Shown here: piece after piece, positions 36,201-49,000 of the stretch
Numbering within the stretch: the stretch's first letter is position 1
How the letters are laid out: each line of letters starts with the position of its first letter
Source: an uncultured Halobacteriales archaeon
GTDB lineage: Archaea > Thermoplasmatota > E2 > JACPAO01 > JAHFTW01
Length of the DNA stretch: 64,000 bases
Assembly: GCA_964643795.1 (NCBI GenBank)
Contig: CAZXUC010000002.1
Location: 24,941-88,940, forward strand
Reading direction: 5' to 3'
Translations under genes and position numbers: made by a program
The notes under the pieces: model-generated
Seen by the model: only the letters and a program-made list of their open reading frames with translations
What the model was told of the DNA's origin: nothing
Database searches by the model: none

Positions 36201-37085
36201 TCCCGTCATGCCGCCGTCGAGGGCAGGCAGGAACGTGTTGGAGGGGGCATTGAAGATCATCTCCGTCATCACGGGCCCCGTTGATTCCAGCATGACGAGG
36301 CCGTTGGATGCCTGAATTCCGCCGTTGCCGAGGCGGTAGAGGGCCTGGGCGCCAGTGCCGACCAACTGCAGCGTCGTGGTGGGGGATGGCCTGCGGTGCA
36401 CGTCCGTGTATTCGTAGACCTGCACGGTGGCTGGACCGGCCAGGCTTGTGACGCGCACGGCCCGCGGTTCGGCGTTGCCCTGGATTCCGTTGAGGTTGGG
36501 CAGGGAGACGTAGTGGTGTGTGCCGCGGCCAGGGCCCACGGACGCGGCCAGGGTGGCAGCCGCCTCCGGGGTGAGTTGCGGCGGGGTCTTGGCCGGGTGG
36601 TGGATGCCGTCGAAGTAGACGTGGTAGTGTCGTTCGGCGCCGCCGGGGCTGGCGCCGGTCAGGATCCACCGCAATGTGACGACGGGGTTGCTGGCGGGGT
36701 CGAAGGGCTGCAATTGGGTGCCGGCGGGGAACAGATCGAAGGGGACGTTGTGGTTGGTCACGCTGCCAGCGCCATCCACTTCCCGGATGAGGAAGGAGTC
36801 CATGTCGAGGTGGAACCCGGCCAGCCGGCCCTCGCGGGTGGGCCAGCCGGCCGCCGCGAGCGCCTCGTTGAGGTCCACGGTAGCTGAGGCTGGCAGGTCC
36901 AGCACCCCGTCCATGGCTTGCGGGATGGAGACCTGGAACGGGATGCGCAGGTGGCGCGCCGTCGGCAGCGGCATGATCCCGTCCGCGTCGAGGGGTTCGA
37001 CCCACGCCATTGGGGCCTGGGCGCCAGCCGGGATTGGCAGTAGGCTCACGAGCAGTAGGGCCGCGAGGAGGCTGGCGCGCTTCAC
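33213..37085 (-). CDS. Giant (1290 aa) secreted protein with CARDB/NEW3-like beta-sandwich repeats and C-terminal TM+Arg anchor
   Basis: GTG 37085 overlaps the upstream TGA (GTGA). Signal peptide VKRASLLAALLLVSLLPIPAGAQA. Repeats of the type VTIPFTVTNNARS, YRIEVTNTGGVPDQYRI, YTLHITNEADVNEDLLV, VQIPVRNTGNVPLDVEA and YKVLVRNDGGESAF. The tail is AVPTPAVLPALLAFLASAAIVRRRWRP. Confidence 0.85.
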   Translation of the reverse strand: MKRASLLAALLLVSLLPIPAGAQAPMAWVEPLDADGIMPLPTARHLRIPFQVSIPQAMDGVLDLPASATVDLNEALAAAGWPTREGRLAGFHLDMDSFLIREVDGAGSVTNHNVPFDLFPAGTQLQPFDPASNPVVTLRWILTGASPGGAERHYHVYFDGIHHPAKTPPQLTPEAAATLAASVGPGRGTHHYVSLPNLNGIQGNAEPRAVRVTSLAGPATVQVYEYTDVHRRPSPTTTLQLVGTGAQALYRLGNGGIQASNGLVMLESTGPVMTEMIFNAPSNTFLPALDGGMTGRSFLLPMASNDGSQVTVNCLAPPGQTTCLLRLNGGAETPIASHDATALNVQGLTRVEATRGLVTVQRGGPASSISSALTAWPAIDGPDRASMLLGQAGSGDKLLMMSSEPSTVRVQSLVGGKPVLTPSGGLNLPEGLFGTWDTGWNRVWRPGDQGATHAGGPASILRTAGGGQLTVVSGPSGNPTALVPLQPPLQSLGTGFTYRFQLPADANGIPFGQLVLFATEEGTTITGVRKAQSGITTHEWPSRAQYEAVRIEDPGGWTLQADKPFTAQWLLPGNRAVSAFAPGVTDAVQPVAGQAQVTGYLLDVGVERTLVRAEPGQQVTIPFTVTNNARSVTGAGVQDTAVLRITTPSGWNGLLSQSEVTLGPGESAELEAFVQLGTGTQGGDVRIHAESLGNPRFQAEQAVRISFVITRGVLVTADGSEVASERSTRPGEAVTYRIEVTNTGGVPDQYRIVASEPREDWAVDLEFDPGSPMEQDASGENRTPTLQPGEAFAYTARVQPGSHLTAGRLPMQVLATSVSDRSVSDGVRFVTTLDADRAYRVEVVDADRIVPPGSTTTYTLHITNEADVNEDLLVDIIPTGREGWPAPTVEWVGVGDLADADFRVSLTPRSETTLILKREVPATAPPLVVGIDRLQFTSTSPGGQSADAVLRTQVAKVSAVSAALSPDVVAAAPGGTASLTLELTASGNAPGQVEVSPMLRSGWSVVEPSGAEGPWTYALEVGESQRISFTLHIPEDAGPGQPVPVQLRLVSPGRPTQILTINAIVAEGPDLHLEPGETRVHSGRPNLVQIPVRNTGNVPLDVEATLEGLPASWTVQDAATRLGLGEEAVLTFHVVPPLGADTVEVLARASTSGIEAQAPWRLTIGQPVLQANVETARHEGATTVYKVLVRNDGGESAFMVHVDLVHDAEVMDRVTLLQVRPGAQHVVNVVGPATGTVRVSADHDPDGFHLAAPLHIDGGEPGRAVPTPAVLPALLAFLASAAIVRRRWRP

Positions 37086-40000
37086 GGCGACCGCCTCCTT
37101 GCCAGCAGGATGGCGGCGAACGCCAACGCCAGCCACGCGGTGGCGCCCGTCGCCGGGATGGGCAGGCGCCGGTCGCCGTCCTTCGGGGTCGCCTCGCGGA
37201 GGACGGCGTCCCCGACCTCGTAGAAGGCCGGGTCCGCGATGCCGACCGTGCTGTCCACCGGACGGACCAGCACCATGACCGTCTGTGGCTGGTCGACGGG
37301 TCCGGCTTGGAACGGCAGAATGGCCAGGGCGGTGTCGCGGGGGGCCAGCTCAAGGACGGTGCGGTCGTGCAGAAGGCCGTCCACGACCACCAGCACCTCA
37401 GCCTGGACCGCTTGGTCGGACGGGTTCTCGACCGTGACCCGGACCCTGTGGATGGCTCCAGCGGTCACCTTGAGGGCGTCCAGGTCTGTCTCGACGATGC
37501 GCACGCTGTTGCCCAGGAACGTGGCCTGCCAGGGCAGGTCGATGGTTCGGGCCGGGTTGTTGGTGCCGTTCCACTCCACGGTGGTGCGTCCCAGCACGCG
37601 GGTGCTCTTGCCCTCCGTCACCTCCACCTCCACGGTGCGGTTCTGGCCGGGCGCGATGCGGAACGGCCCCTCCTCCGGAACCTGCATCTGTCCCCGGTCG
37701 ATGGTGTGGTTGAGCCTGGCCTCAAGGGGGACGTTGCCGGCGTTGAAGAGGTCGATGACGACGCGGGCCGGTTCGCCGTGGCGCACGGCGGCGGGCTCCC
37801 CTACGGAGCCTTCCAGGAGGGGTTTGGGCAGCACGTGCACCGTGGCGTTGACGAGCACGACGACCTGGGCCGTCGTGTTCTGCAGACCCACGAGGAGTTG
37901 CAGCGTGGCTTCGTGCAGGCCGGGCGCTGCGTGGGGATCGATGCGGAGGGTGAGGTTCTCCATGACCCGACCGAAGGCGGGAACCTGCAGTTGCTGGTCC
38001 TTCTCGATGGTGGAGAAGGGCGCCGATGCTTCGTGCAGGGTCCATCGGGTGGCGATGTTGGCCGGGTTGTCGAGCACCACGTTCACCACGGCCTGGCCCG
38101 GCGGGGCCTGGAGCGGGAAGGCGTGCGCCTGCGGGGTGCCCAGGTCGAGGACCACCAGATCCGCGGGCAACCTGATGGGGCGCAGCCTGTCCTCCCGGGC
38201 GAACAAGGTGAGGGCGATGGAATCTCCATCGGTCTCGAGGCCGGGCCGGGTGGTGAGGGCAACGTCGATGCGGGCGGTCTTTCCGGGGTCCACCGGCGGC
38301 GCTGCCAGCAGGTCCGCCTGCAAGCCCTCATGCGAGCTGGTGACGACGGGGGTGCCCGGCGCCGTGCCAGTGTTGGTGACGTTGAAGGAGACGACGGAGC
38401 GGGTGCCGGGCAACAACAGGATTTCCCTTTCTTGTCCTTCGGCGCGCCAGCCGTAGCGGTCCACGGGCATGACGAACTCCAGGTCCTTGCCGTCCACCGA
38501 GGCGGACGGGCTTTGGGTGGTCACGCCGATGAGGAAGCGTAGCGGGGTGCCATCCTGGCGTCCCACTGCCGTCCACACGGAGCTCTGCACCTCCATCACG
38601 GCGCCGTCGCCGGGGAAGACGGCGGCGTTCCAGAAGCTGAACGGCGAGGAGGAGCCGACGCGGAATTCAAGGCTGGGCCCCAGGGCGGGGGCGTTGCCGT
38701 GGTTGCGGACCGTGGCGACGACGCGGTAGTTGTGGCCTTCCACGGCGCGGTCGACGGTCTTGTTGGTGCCGAACTCGACGAGGCGGGCGTCCTCGATGTG
38801 CAGGTCGGACAGGGAGACCCGGCCCACGGAGACGAAGCGGGACTGCACGTTGTTGTCGAGGCGGGTCTCGGGGATCGGGTCCATGGGGTCGCCCTGATGG
38901 GGCAGGTTCACCTCGGCGACGAGCCGGTACAGGCCCAACTCGGGCGGGTTCCATTCCAGGTCGACGAGTTCCGTCTGCTTCCTGCCGGACTTGATGCCTG
39001 CGTCGATGATGGCCTCGCTCGGCGCACCCGCGGCGTCGCGGGCGACGCGTCGCTGCAACACCGTCGGGTCGCCGGTGGCGGGATCGAGGGAGATTTCCTC
39101 CTCGTAGAGACGCACGAGGACCGGCTGGTCCACGTCGAGGCGGCCGCGATTCGTGATGGGGACGGTGACCGGCACCGGCACCTCACGCTGCGCGGGGAAC
39201 ACGCTGGCGCAGCGGTCGTCCTCTGCAAGGAAGAAGCACGCCGCGTCCAGGTCGGCCCAGTTCCGCGTGCGCATCTTCGCATCGAAGAACACCTCTGGTC
39301 GCAGGGTGGGGTCGCCGAGGACCGATTCCGCGCGCACCAGGAACGGCATGGGGTGGTCGCGGCCGGGCGCGAACGACTCCGCCAACTCGATGGCGACGTG
39401 CGCCCGGACCCACACCACCGTGGCGGAGTGGGCCGGGACCTCCACGACCAGTTCGTCGTCGAATGGACCTGCCGAGGTGGGCCCGAGCTGCAGGTCGATG
39501 CCGGGGAACAGCGTGGTTCCGGGGGCATCCTGGATGGTGATGCGCAGCGTCTCGTGGAGGGGGCCGGTGTTCTCGATGCGCAGCGGCAGCCGCGTCGCAG
39601 TGGCGGCGGTGGGCTGGTCCAGGATGATGGGACTGCGGACGTTGGCCCCCGCGAAATGGACGTGGTGGCTGGTGATGGCCAGTTCGCGCACCTCGAAGAA
39701 GTTGATGCCTGCGTCGCCGCCGTAGGAGGCGGCCTGAATCCGGAAGCGAATGGGAACGGGGATGTTGCTTCCCCGGTGGTCGCCGTTGGAATTGGTGAAG
39801 CGGCAGCCCTCTGTGATTGGGGCGAATTTAGTCGATGGGAACATACCCGCGGGGGTGACCAGGCCGTCGCACCAATCCTGGAAAGCCCGCAGATCGTATT
39901 CGATGACCCGCCAGCCGTCTCCTCCGCCAGACAGGGAGTCGCCGCCCCAGATGCCGTGGGTGCCGGCGAGGGGGTTGGTGTTGGTTACCCTTGAGTAGGT

Positions 40001-43000
40001 GACGATGAGTGGATTCTGCGTGTCCTGCTTGATCAGGGTCGTCTGAGCCATGTTCAGCAATGCGTTGCGCGTCACGTCGCCATTCAGGGTGAACCAATTG
40101 CCTTCGTCGGGCCAAGTCCAGGAACAGGCCCTCGTGCTCGCGCTGTCCCCGCCCGTACACTCCCGCAGGGCCGGTTGGGCCTCCACCGCCACCGCGGTTC
40201 CGGAGGTAAGGTGATAGCGGGCGTCCAGGCGCAGCACGGGTTCCTGCAACGTGGCCAGGGTGAACACCGGCTCGTTGCTGCGCACGTCGTTGGTGCGCTC
40301 GTCGCTGGGATGCCAGTACAGGATGTCCGGGCCGAAGTCTCCGTGGCCCTGCTCCTCCGCGGTGGTGATGTTGGCCCCGTAGAATGGGGGGGACGCAACG
40401 TCGAATGTGGGTCGGGCGTCGCGCATCCATTGCATCGCGAGGTAATCGCGCGGGGCCCCGCAGGAGTGGCCTTGCTGGTCGGTGACCCACCAGCCATGAA
40501 CGAGGGCCTGCCCGTCGGCCTGCGTGGTGCCGTCGGGCTGGCAGGCGCCCCCGTTGGCGTCCGTGGAAAAGCCGCCTGTCACGAAGACGGGATCCTCCTG
40601 ATTCTCCGGGGTCTGGGCGGGCAATCCAACGTTGCCGCCTGCCAGCGGCGACAGGTCGGCGGCGTGGAAGGGCTTGGCCTGGTCGGGGGCCACGGACGGA
40701 TCGACGAGGTGGAGCCACTGAGGGCCCGGGGCGGCCTGGATGGCAGCCCCCGCCGAGGCAGCGATCTGGACCCTGTAGGTCCCGGGCGGGATGCCGGCGG
40801 CCGCGATGGGCAGGTCCACTCTGCCCGTGGCGCGGCCGTCGCGGGGCACCGTGATGAGGGTCTCAGCGCGCACGAGAGGCAGGTTCGGCCGTTCACCCTC
40901 CGACGCGTGGTCGGGGGGGTAGCAGGCCAGAATGAGGCGGGTCGGGGGTGGGGACCGGCAGCCGTCCAGGCGGACAGGGTGGAGCGTCAACTCGACGAAA
41001 ACCTGGTCGGTTTGGGTGCCGTGGTTTAGGACCTCGATGTGGGCCCGCACCGTCCCCACCGCGCCAGCGTCGGGTGCGGCGTTGGGTTCGAGGCGCACGG
41101 TGGTCACCGGTGTGTCCACAACCTTGCGTCCGAGGGCCACGACGCGGTGCAGGTCGTTGGTGGCGTCCGCATCACCGAAGCCGGGATGCAGGTCCAGATC
41201 GGCCTGGAATGCCCATTGGCTGGGGGGGTCCGCATCGGCGGGGTGGCTGCCCTTGTCCGGGAAGCGGCCCAGGGAGCCGATGCGGCACAGGTCCGTGGAG
41301 CGGATGGCCCGCACTTCTCCAGGCAGCAGGGTGCCCACGTTCAGGGGGGTCGTTCGGCCCTGGCTTCCGGGGCAATTGCTGAGCAGAGGCGTGCACTGAC
41401 CGGAGGGACTGCCGGCAAGGCCGTCACAGAAGCCCACTTGGCGGATGTTGAGGTTCACGGTGACGTCGTCGGCCGCTTCGGTGCCCCGGTTGGCGACGGA
41501 GAGAAGGGTGGCGAAGCTACTGCCGGGAGCGTAGAGGGCCTCGTTGCGGGGCTCCACGAAGCGCACCCCAACGTCGTGCTGGTTGGGGGTCCCCAGGAGT
41601 TCGATGCGGTCCACGGCGAAGGACCCGTGGCCGCCCAGGACTGGGTCGCTCTGGATGCGGACGCGGAACTGCACGGGTTCGCCGCGGAACAGTTCGTTGC
41701 CCGCTTCGTCACGGTCCAGGATGCCGCCGAACGGGGCGGCGAGCCGGGCCGGCAGGTGCTGCCAGGACCCCGAACCCGCTGGGAGTGCCCCGGTGGCCGT
41801 GAGGTTGCCAACGATGGCCGACACCCATTCGGCCGTGTCGCTCGCGTACGGGGCCGTGATGAAGGTAGTCGAGCCGTGCGCAGAAGACATCACCGGACTA
41901 GGGACGATGCACGGGGGCGGAGGACTCGGGGGAGTATAGATTCTGGCGCCGTGTTCAAGGCATGGGCGGGCACCCGGTTCACCGGACAGCAGGGAATGAC
42001 TGAAGTCGATTCCATTCCGAATCAAGAAGTCGCGCAGGGCCAGCGATTGGGCGTCCTCGGACGCGTAGAAGTAGTAGTTGCGGAGCTGGTTCCCATCGAT
42101 GGTAATTCCCTGGGGACTGAGTACACCTCCGTGCTTGCAGAAAATCTTGGTCTGCCGGTCCCTCTCGGATGTCGTCATCACGGTCCTGTGCTTGGCCTCG
42201 CCGCTCGCGGTGCCGGAGAGGTCGATGGCGCTACAGCGCACCCGGACCATGCCGATGAAATCGAAGCGCAGGGACACCTGGTCGGTGTCCAGGTCCGCGG
42301 GGATGCGCGGCTGCTGCCAGACGGTCATCGGGAGGCCCGGCGGCGCGGCGCCGCTGGCGGCGACGGTGGCAGGGGCGGGCCCGATGGCGGCGATGACGGA
42401 GACCCCGGCGTCGCCCGCCTCGCGCAGGATGGCGAAGACACGCAGGAAGTGCTCCTCGTACACCGGGTCGCGCTCCTGGTCGGCGGCGTCGTCACCGTGC
42501 GCCATGCGCACAAGGCTGCTGGACTGGTCGGCGAAGGTCCGGCTGAGGCCGTCTCCTAGGAGGGCGATGGCGCCGTAGTCGGTGAGGTTCAGGTACAGGT
42601 CATCGAGGGTCCGGATGGGGAACTGGAGGGGTTCCGCTCCCGGGCGGGGCACCTCGTACACGGCGCCGGTCGCAGTCTCCTGGTGGCCGATGCGCAGGTC
42701 CGGCGTGACCGTGGTGAAGAGGCCCACGTTCTCGCTGCCGACGCGTGCGACGAGGTCCCGGAGGGTGTCGTTGAGGGCGGCGTGCCATTCGGCGTTCCCT
42801 GCGGCGGGGAAGTCCGGGAACGGGGACCAGTGGCAGAACTGGCCGGGGGACCCTTCGTCCCGCTTGCAGTCCTGCGCCAACCACCGATCGGGCTGGCCGG
42901 GGACCTGCTGGTAGAACGGCGGGGGCGGCACCACGGCCGCAAGCAGACGGCCCACGTCGCCGTCCGAAGCGGCGACGATAGAGCCGAAGGAGGGCATTGA

Positions 43001-46000
43001 GGGAGCTGACGCGGCGGTCAAGCGGACGTCGCCCGGGGAGACGACGTCGCGACCCAAGCCGGTCCCCTCGACGTCGACGTAGTACAGGGTGTCGCCGGGA
43101 CCGAACACGCCGGTGTCCTGCGCGTCGTCGAACCGCAGCATGCCGCGGGCGGGCCGGAGGGCAGGGTTGCCGGTGCCTGCGGTGCTCGTGACCACGGTAC
43201 CAGCTGACTGTCCGGTGAGCCGGATGTCGCCCACCGTGAACGTGCCGCTGCCGTCGCTGTCGATGTACAATGTCTCGCCGGGACTGAACACTCCGTCCCC
43301 GTTCGCGTCATGGAACGCCAACCCGCCCTTGAACGGCTTGCAGAGGCGCCCAATTTCGATGCCGCCCGTCACGAGGCTTCCCGAGCTGGTGCCTTGGATG
43401 GGGTTGGCGATGCGGACGTCGTCGCGCGTAAGGTGGGTTCCCTTTGCCAGGTACGCCAGTTCTTGGGCGTTGAAGTTGCCTTGGTCGCCGTCATCGTAGT
43501 AGCAGGGGATGGACGGGGTGCGACCGGTGGGACGGCCGTACGAATCCGTGACATTGTTGGCGATCACCTGCGGGTAATCGGGGGGGATGATGACCGCGAC
43601 CCGCTGGGTGCGGGCCTCGTCGACGGGTCGCCACTGGCCTCCGACGCCGCGCGCCGCCTGCCAGGTGCCCTCGGCGGTGCGCTCCATGTCGCGCACCTCG
43701 AGGACCGCTTGGCCGTCCACCAGGTCGCTGGCGTACCGCATGTCCAGGAAGGCGCGCGACGTCGCCTTCACCACATGGGCGGGCAGCACGGGGGACTCCA
43801 GGGTGTGCTCCAAGTCATCGACGCCCTGGTAGGCGGGCAATTGCCAGACCTGGCCGCTGGCCGGAATTCCAGCGACGCCTTGCACATCACCGGCTGCAAC
43901 CTGCTGCCACTGCGGCAGGCCCAGCGGGTCGTCGGCGTCCACGGGTTCCCCGTTCCACGCGGTCCTTGGCGTCCACGGTGCATCCGCGGGGAAAGCGTCC
44001 GGGAACTGACTGGCATCGGATGCGCTGTGAGATTGGCTGAACAGGCTCTCCTCCACGCGGAACGGCAGCAGCAAGCACTCACACAACCCAAGGTCGCGGG
44101 AGACATCGAGAATCTGGTTGAGGCCCAACCCGCCATTGCCCACCTCTTCAGGTCGCACACCCTCGAACAGGCCCGGCACGTTGTCCCCTTCCCACCAGGG
44201 GACCACGGAACTGCCTCCCAAGTCGTATTGGACCAGGATGGCGTAGCGCTTGCCGGCCTCCAGGCCGAGCCCTTCCGTGTCGAAGACGCGCACGAACTCG
44301 TGCTCCCCGGTGCGCCGACCCACCACAATGTTGAGCTCGGTCAGCGTGGGGCTTTCCTCCACTTCTTCCAATGATCCATCCAGGCCCGGCACCCCGCGAA
44401 GCTCCACGAGGCGAGCCGACAACCGGACGTCCCGTTCGTCGATGTTGCCTTCGTTGCGCACCGTGACCTGCACGCGGCGCTGGGCGTCATCCGTCGCCAC
44501 GAAGGGCGACACTGCGCTCCGGGATGCGTCGAGGGTGATGGCCCGGAACGGCGTGATCATCGCCACGATTTCGCCGAGGTCGTTGGCGGGGTTGGTGTCG
44601 CGGGCGGTGAGGGGCTCCACGTCCACGGTGAACCGGTAGCGGCCCGGGGGCGCCGCACTGGCGTCGATGCGGAACAACGCGTCACGCACTTCGCCGGGCG
44701 CAAGGCCGCGCACGATGCCGGGGTCGTTGGGGGGCGCCGGGATCAGGCGGTTGCCGTCGACGGCGAGGAAGATGCCGGGCAGGACCGCCGTGGCGTCGGC
44801 GCCGTCATGGGTGCTCTCCCGGGTCAGGCGCACCCGCACGTCTTGACGAACGATGCCCTCGTTGCTGATTTGGACGCGCAGGATGGCTGCCTGGTCATTG
44901 GACAACAGGGCCGCCGAACCGAGTCCGAGGAGGCCCGGGGCGTCTGGTGCCAGCAGGCCGATGCGGTCGCGGTCCTGTGCATCGAACGCGAGGGATTTCA
45001 CCGCCACATCGCTGAAGTGGCGGCGTTCCCGGACGTCAAAGGAAAGGATGTCCCAGTCTGGCAGCACTCCAGTTTTCGGGCCCCATTTAATGTCGTATTC
45101 CTGCCAGAGGTGGGCCCGGAACCGTACGATGTTGCCGGCGATGCGGTTGTCCTCCCCGATGTTGAATTCCGTCTGGAGTGCCCGACTCCGACCTGGGGGA
45201 CCTTCTGTCGAAACGTACCAGGGCAAGTCATGATCCATGAACGGGGTGGCCGGCGGGAATCCGCCGGGCCCATTGATGCCGGGTTGACCGGTGCGCGGGT
45301 CCACATCGTAGTGGCTGGACGCGCTGAAGTTCTGGGGATGATTCGGGGTGGCACGAATCCACTGGCTGGGCCACGAACCGTCGGGACGCATCACTTGGAA
45401 TTCCAAGTCGATGACATTCTGTCGCCGGTGATTCTCAATCGCACTGACCGTCTTTGTATCATCGTTCAGATTGTTTTTATCGAATGGTATCTTATGGAGG
45501 AATTCATGCTCAATCGAAAGGACTGGGTCGAACGTGCTGCGCAGATCGATTGGGTCCGTCACGGCGACGGGGCCGACCCGGTATGTGTTGCGCTGGTGGG
45601 ACGCTGCGAATTGCCAGGATTCACCACCCGGAAGGAAGTCGATGTGGAGGCGGCCCCCAGCTATTTTGGCACCTAACGGCACTCCAGCAAAGTCCTGGGC
45701 CACCGCGACGTTGGCCCTGCGGTAGTCGTTGAAGCCGGGGCCGGCCTGGTGCAACGTCGTCTGGCCGGCGGCCTGGACCTCATGGACGACGACCTCTTCC
45801 ACGAACCACCCCCGGCCCACCACGACGCCGGCCTGATTGGGGCCTTGAGCCACCTCCCTCCCGTCATTTGCGGTGGGCAGTAGGACCTCCTGGTACCGGA
45901 AGCGCACATGGATGTCCTCCCAGGCAAGGAATGGGCTGAGGTCGATGCGGACGGGTCGCAATGCATTGTCCGTGAAGGAGCCGTGGAACGCCGCGGCCAC

Positions 46001-49000
46001 CTGCCAGACCGGGTCCGTCCCGGGCGGCAGGGGCGGGGCGCCGACGCCTACGTCGGCAGGCGCCGGGATTGGACCGGCTGGCGCCACCTCCACGAGGGCG
46101 ACGCCACGGTCGCCGGTGTCGATCCAGTGCCGGAACTCGAGGGTGGGTCGCACGCCGTCCAGGGGGATGGGGCCGGGCAGTTGCAGGACGGCGTCCAAGC
46201 CAGGGGTCTTCCCCTGCAGGACGGCGTCCAAGCCGGGGGCCCTCCACGCCAGGTGGGCGAGTCCCGTGGACCCGCTGGCAGTCAAATCGCCGTCGTCGGG
46301 GCGCAATTCTACCTGGAAGTCGCTGCCGCCTAGGGTCACGTCACCGGCTTTCCATCGGATCTCTGCGACCGACCACTCGTCCCCGCGCGTCCCCTTCTCC
46401 CCGGACTCCAGGTCGAAGACAATCCATTGGCTCTTGTTGCGCTCGATGGGGAGCGTGAATGCGGTGCGGACCCACTCGTCGCTTTCAGGATACTCCACTT
46501 CGTGCAGGATGGTCCAATTGTTTTGGCCTCGGGCCGGTGGGTCCGTGGATTCCCCAACAGGCAGCGCCCGCATGCGGAGCACGCCCTCGCCGCCCCGATG
46601 GATGAGTTCCAGCTGCGTGTCCGCGGTCGCCGCGGTCCCGGGCAGGTCCTTCAGGTCGGTCAGTCTCGCCCGCACGACTGGGCTGACCGCCACGCCGTAC
46701 GACCGCTCCACCACCACGGACAGGGTTTGGCCCAGGAACACGCCCTCCCGTTCCTGGATGTCAAGCCGGGGCTGGAAGGAGCCCGCCCGGAAGTAGGTGT
46801 GCGTCAGATTGATCGATCCGCCGGTGGCCGAATCCAGCAGGCCGTCTGCGATGAGGTTGCGCTTCAGCGAGCCGTCGCCTGGGTCGAAGAACACGCTCTC
46901 CAGTTCACGTTCTCCGGCCTCCAGCTCGCCGAGGAAGGTGACCTTCAGAGGGGCGTGGCCCGCCGCGGGCTCGGCGCGGAACCCGGACAGCGCCGCCAGG
47001 TCGCCCGCGGAGACCGGCACCTCGATGCGGGACAGGTAGTCCAGGTGGTCCAGGTACACGTAGATCAGGCCGCTGCCGAAGCCGCTCAACTCCATGTAGA
47101 GCCGCTGGCTGTCCTTGAATTCGATGTCCCCGTCAGCGTTCGTCTGACCGAACGGGCAGTTACTCGGACACGGAGGGAAGGGAACGTCGACCTCCACCTT
47201 CTGCACGGCAGTGGTCCTGTCCAGGGGGATTAGGGTCGCCCCCGGAGTTGTTGAGCCGCGTAGGAAACCGATCTTAAAACTTGGCGCCAAAGTCCCTTGG
47301 GCCGCTGCGTTCAGGTCCCGCATGGTAGTGTTGCCTTCCTCCGCATCCCTGTCCGGCAACAGGCCCAGTTGCACGAACAGGACCACCCGCACGGCGTCCA
47401 CTGTGTCGGGGTCCCCGTCACCGATGCGGCTGCCTGGCTGTAGGGGCGGAGATTCAAAACGGGGAGTACTGGAAGTGCTATACAGACTCAGGACGGCTGG
47501 TTGCGCCCGCTCTTGAGTGAAGTCGGGATGCAAAACGTTGTTCTCCACGACAGAAGCAGCGACGGTTGGACGATCCCCGGCAAGCCGGGGAAGGTCCTCA
47601 CAGTCATCGGATAGATCCCCAACAAGCCCCGCCACCGTCTCGTCCTGCGCCCCCTGCTCGCACACTGCCCGCACATCCTCCACGGGCCCCTCGAAGGGAC
47701 GCAGGTAGAGCACCGAAGTCGGGGCGTTGAGGCTAAGGATGCCGTCTTCACCGACCGCCGCCTGGCTCCCAGATGAGCCGACGGGCAGTCCCCCGCCCTC
47801 GTCCGGGTCCTCTCCGCCCTGCTCGCCGGATGGCGGGGCCTCCGCGGTGAGACCGCAGCGCAGCACGCCCAGCATGCCCTCGAACTCAGTGACGCGACCA
47901 CAGTCGGGTCCATGGAACTCCCACAGGTTGCCGAAGTCTTCGGAAATCATGGGCGGCAGTGCGGCATCCACCAACACGCGATCCCCCTCTGCCAGGACGT
48001 CTCCCGCCGCGTCCTCGACCGCCAGCCTCAGAACGCCGCCGTTCAGGCTGCCGCCCCACCGGTACGAGATGGTGGTCTCCGCGCCGGGGACTCCGAGCGT
48101 GCCGGAGATGTCGCGCGAGACTTCCAACGTGACTTCGTCTTGGTCGGGTGTGAGTGTGCCCTCCGGCTTGAGCGTCTCATCGAGGAGGAGGGGGTGCAGG
48201 GCGGCTTCATCACCGGTGAGTTCGAGCTCCTGGGGCACGGCGGCCAGGTTCCGCAGCGTCACATACACATGGCCCGGCTGCCCGCGTTCGACGAAGAAGG
48301 GACGCAGGGACTCCCCCTCGGGCTTGAATTCGACGCCAGTCACTTCCCAGCCGGAACCGGTGCCGACCAGCACGTGGAACCGTTCCTGCGACTGGGTCGA
48401 GAAGGGCTCCACCATGGTGCCTTGGACACTATCCGTGGGAATCTCCTGCTGTGCTTGGATCCATGCGTCGATGGCGTACCGACCCGGGGCCGGGGTGGAC
48501 CCGACAAGGTCGTGGAACGAGGGGTTGGGGGAGAGGATGACGCGGGCCAGGGGTCCGACCCCGGCCACGGTGGCGCTCGACGTCGTCGCCGCCGATTCGT
48601 CCACGCCCAGGTGCAGCCTGGTCGATAGGGGTTCCTGGAATGTATTGTGGAGTGCAACGGCAGGTTGGAAGTCTCGGTCCGGAGCGACGACCGCGCTGTC
48701 ACCTGGCGTGGCGAGGCCAAGAATCTGCATACCGGGGGTCCCCAGGCCGTGCACCTCCAGGCCGGCAAGCAGCCACCCAAGTCCAGGGTGGGTGTCGGCT
48801 CCGGGGATGGCGCTCTCGGCGCTGGCGGTGACGAAGCGCAGGCGTACGATGTGGCCTGCGAAGGCGGTCAAGTTGAACACCGACTCCACGAGGCCACCGC
48901 TGTCGCCGCCGAAGCCTGCCCACGGACCCCGGCCCACGTCGAACTGGGAGGCCTCAATGATGCCCTGGTACCTGTGCGGTTCCTGAACCTCCCGCCCAGT

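Noticed and set aside
35035-37353. 772-aa minus-strand ORF in an alternative frame across the C/B giant-gene junction
   Set aside because: Its extreme Arg/Pro/Gly composition (RRRPR..., PRGP...) marks it as an out-of-frame product. The annotated frames have signal peptides, coupled starts and domain repeats.
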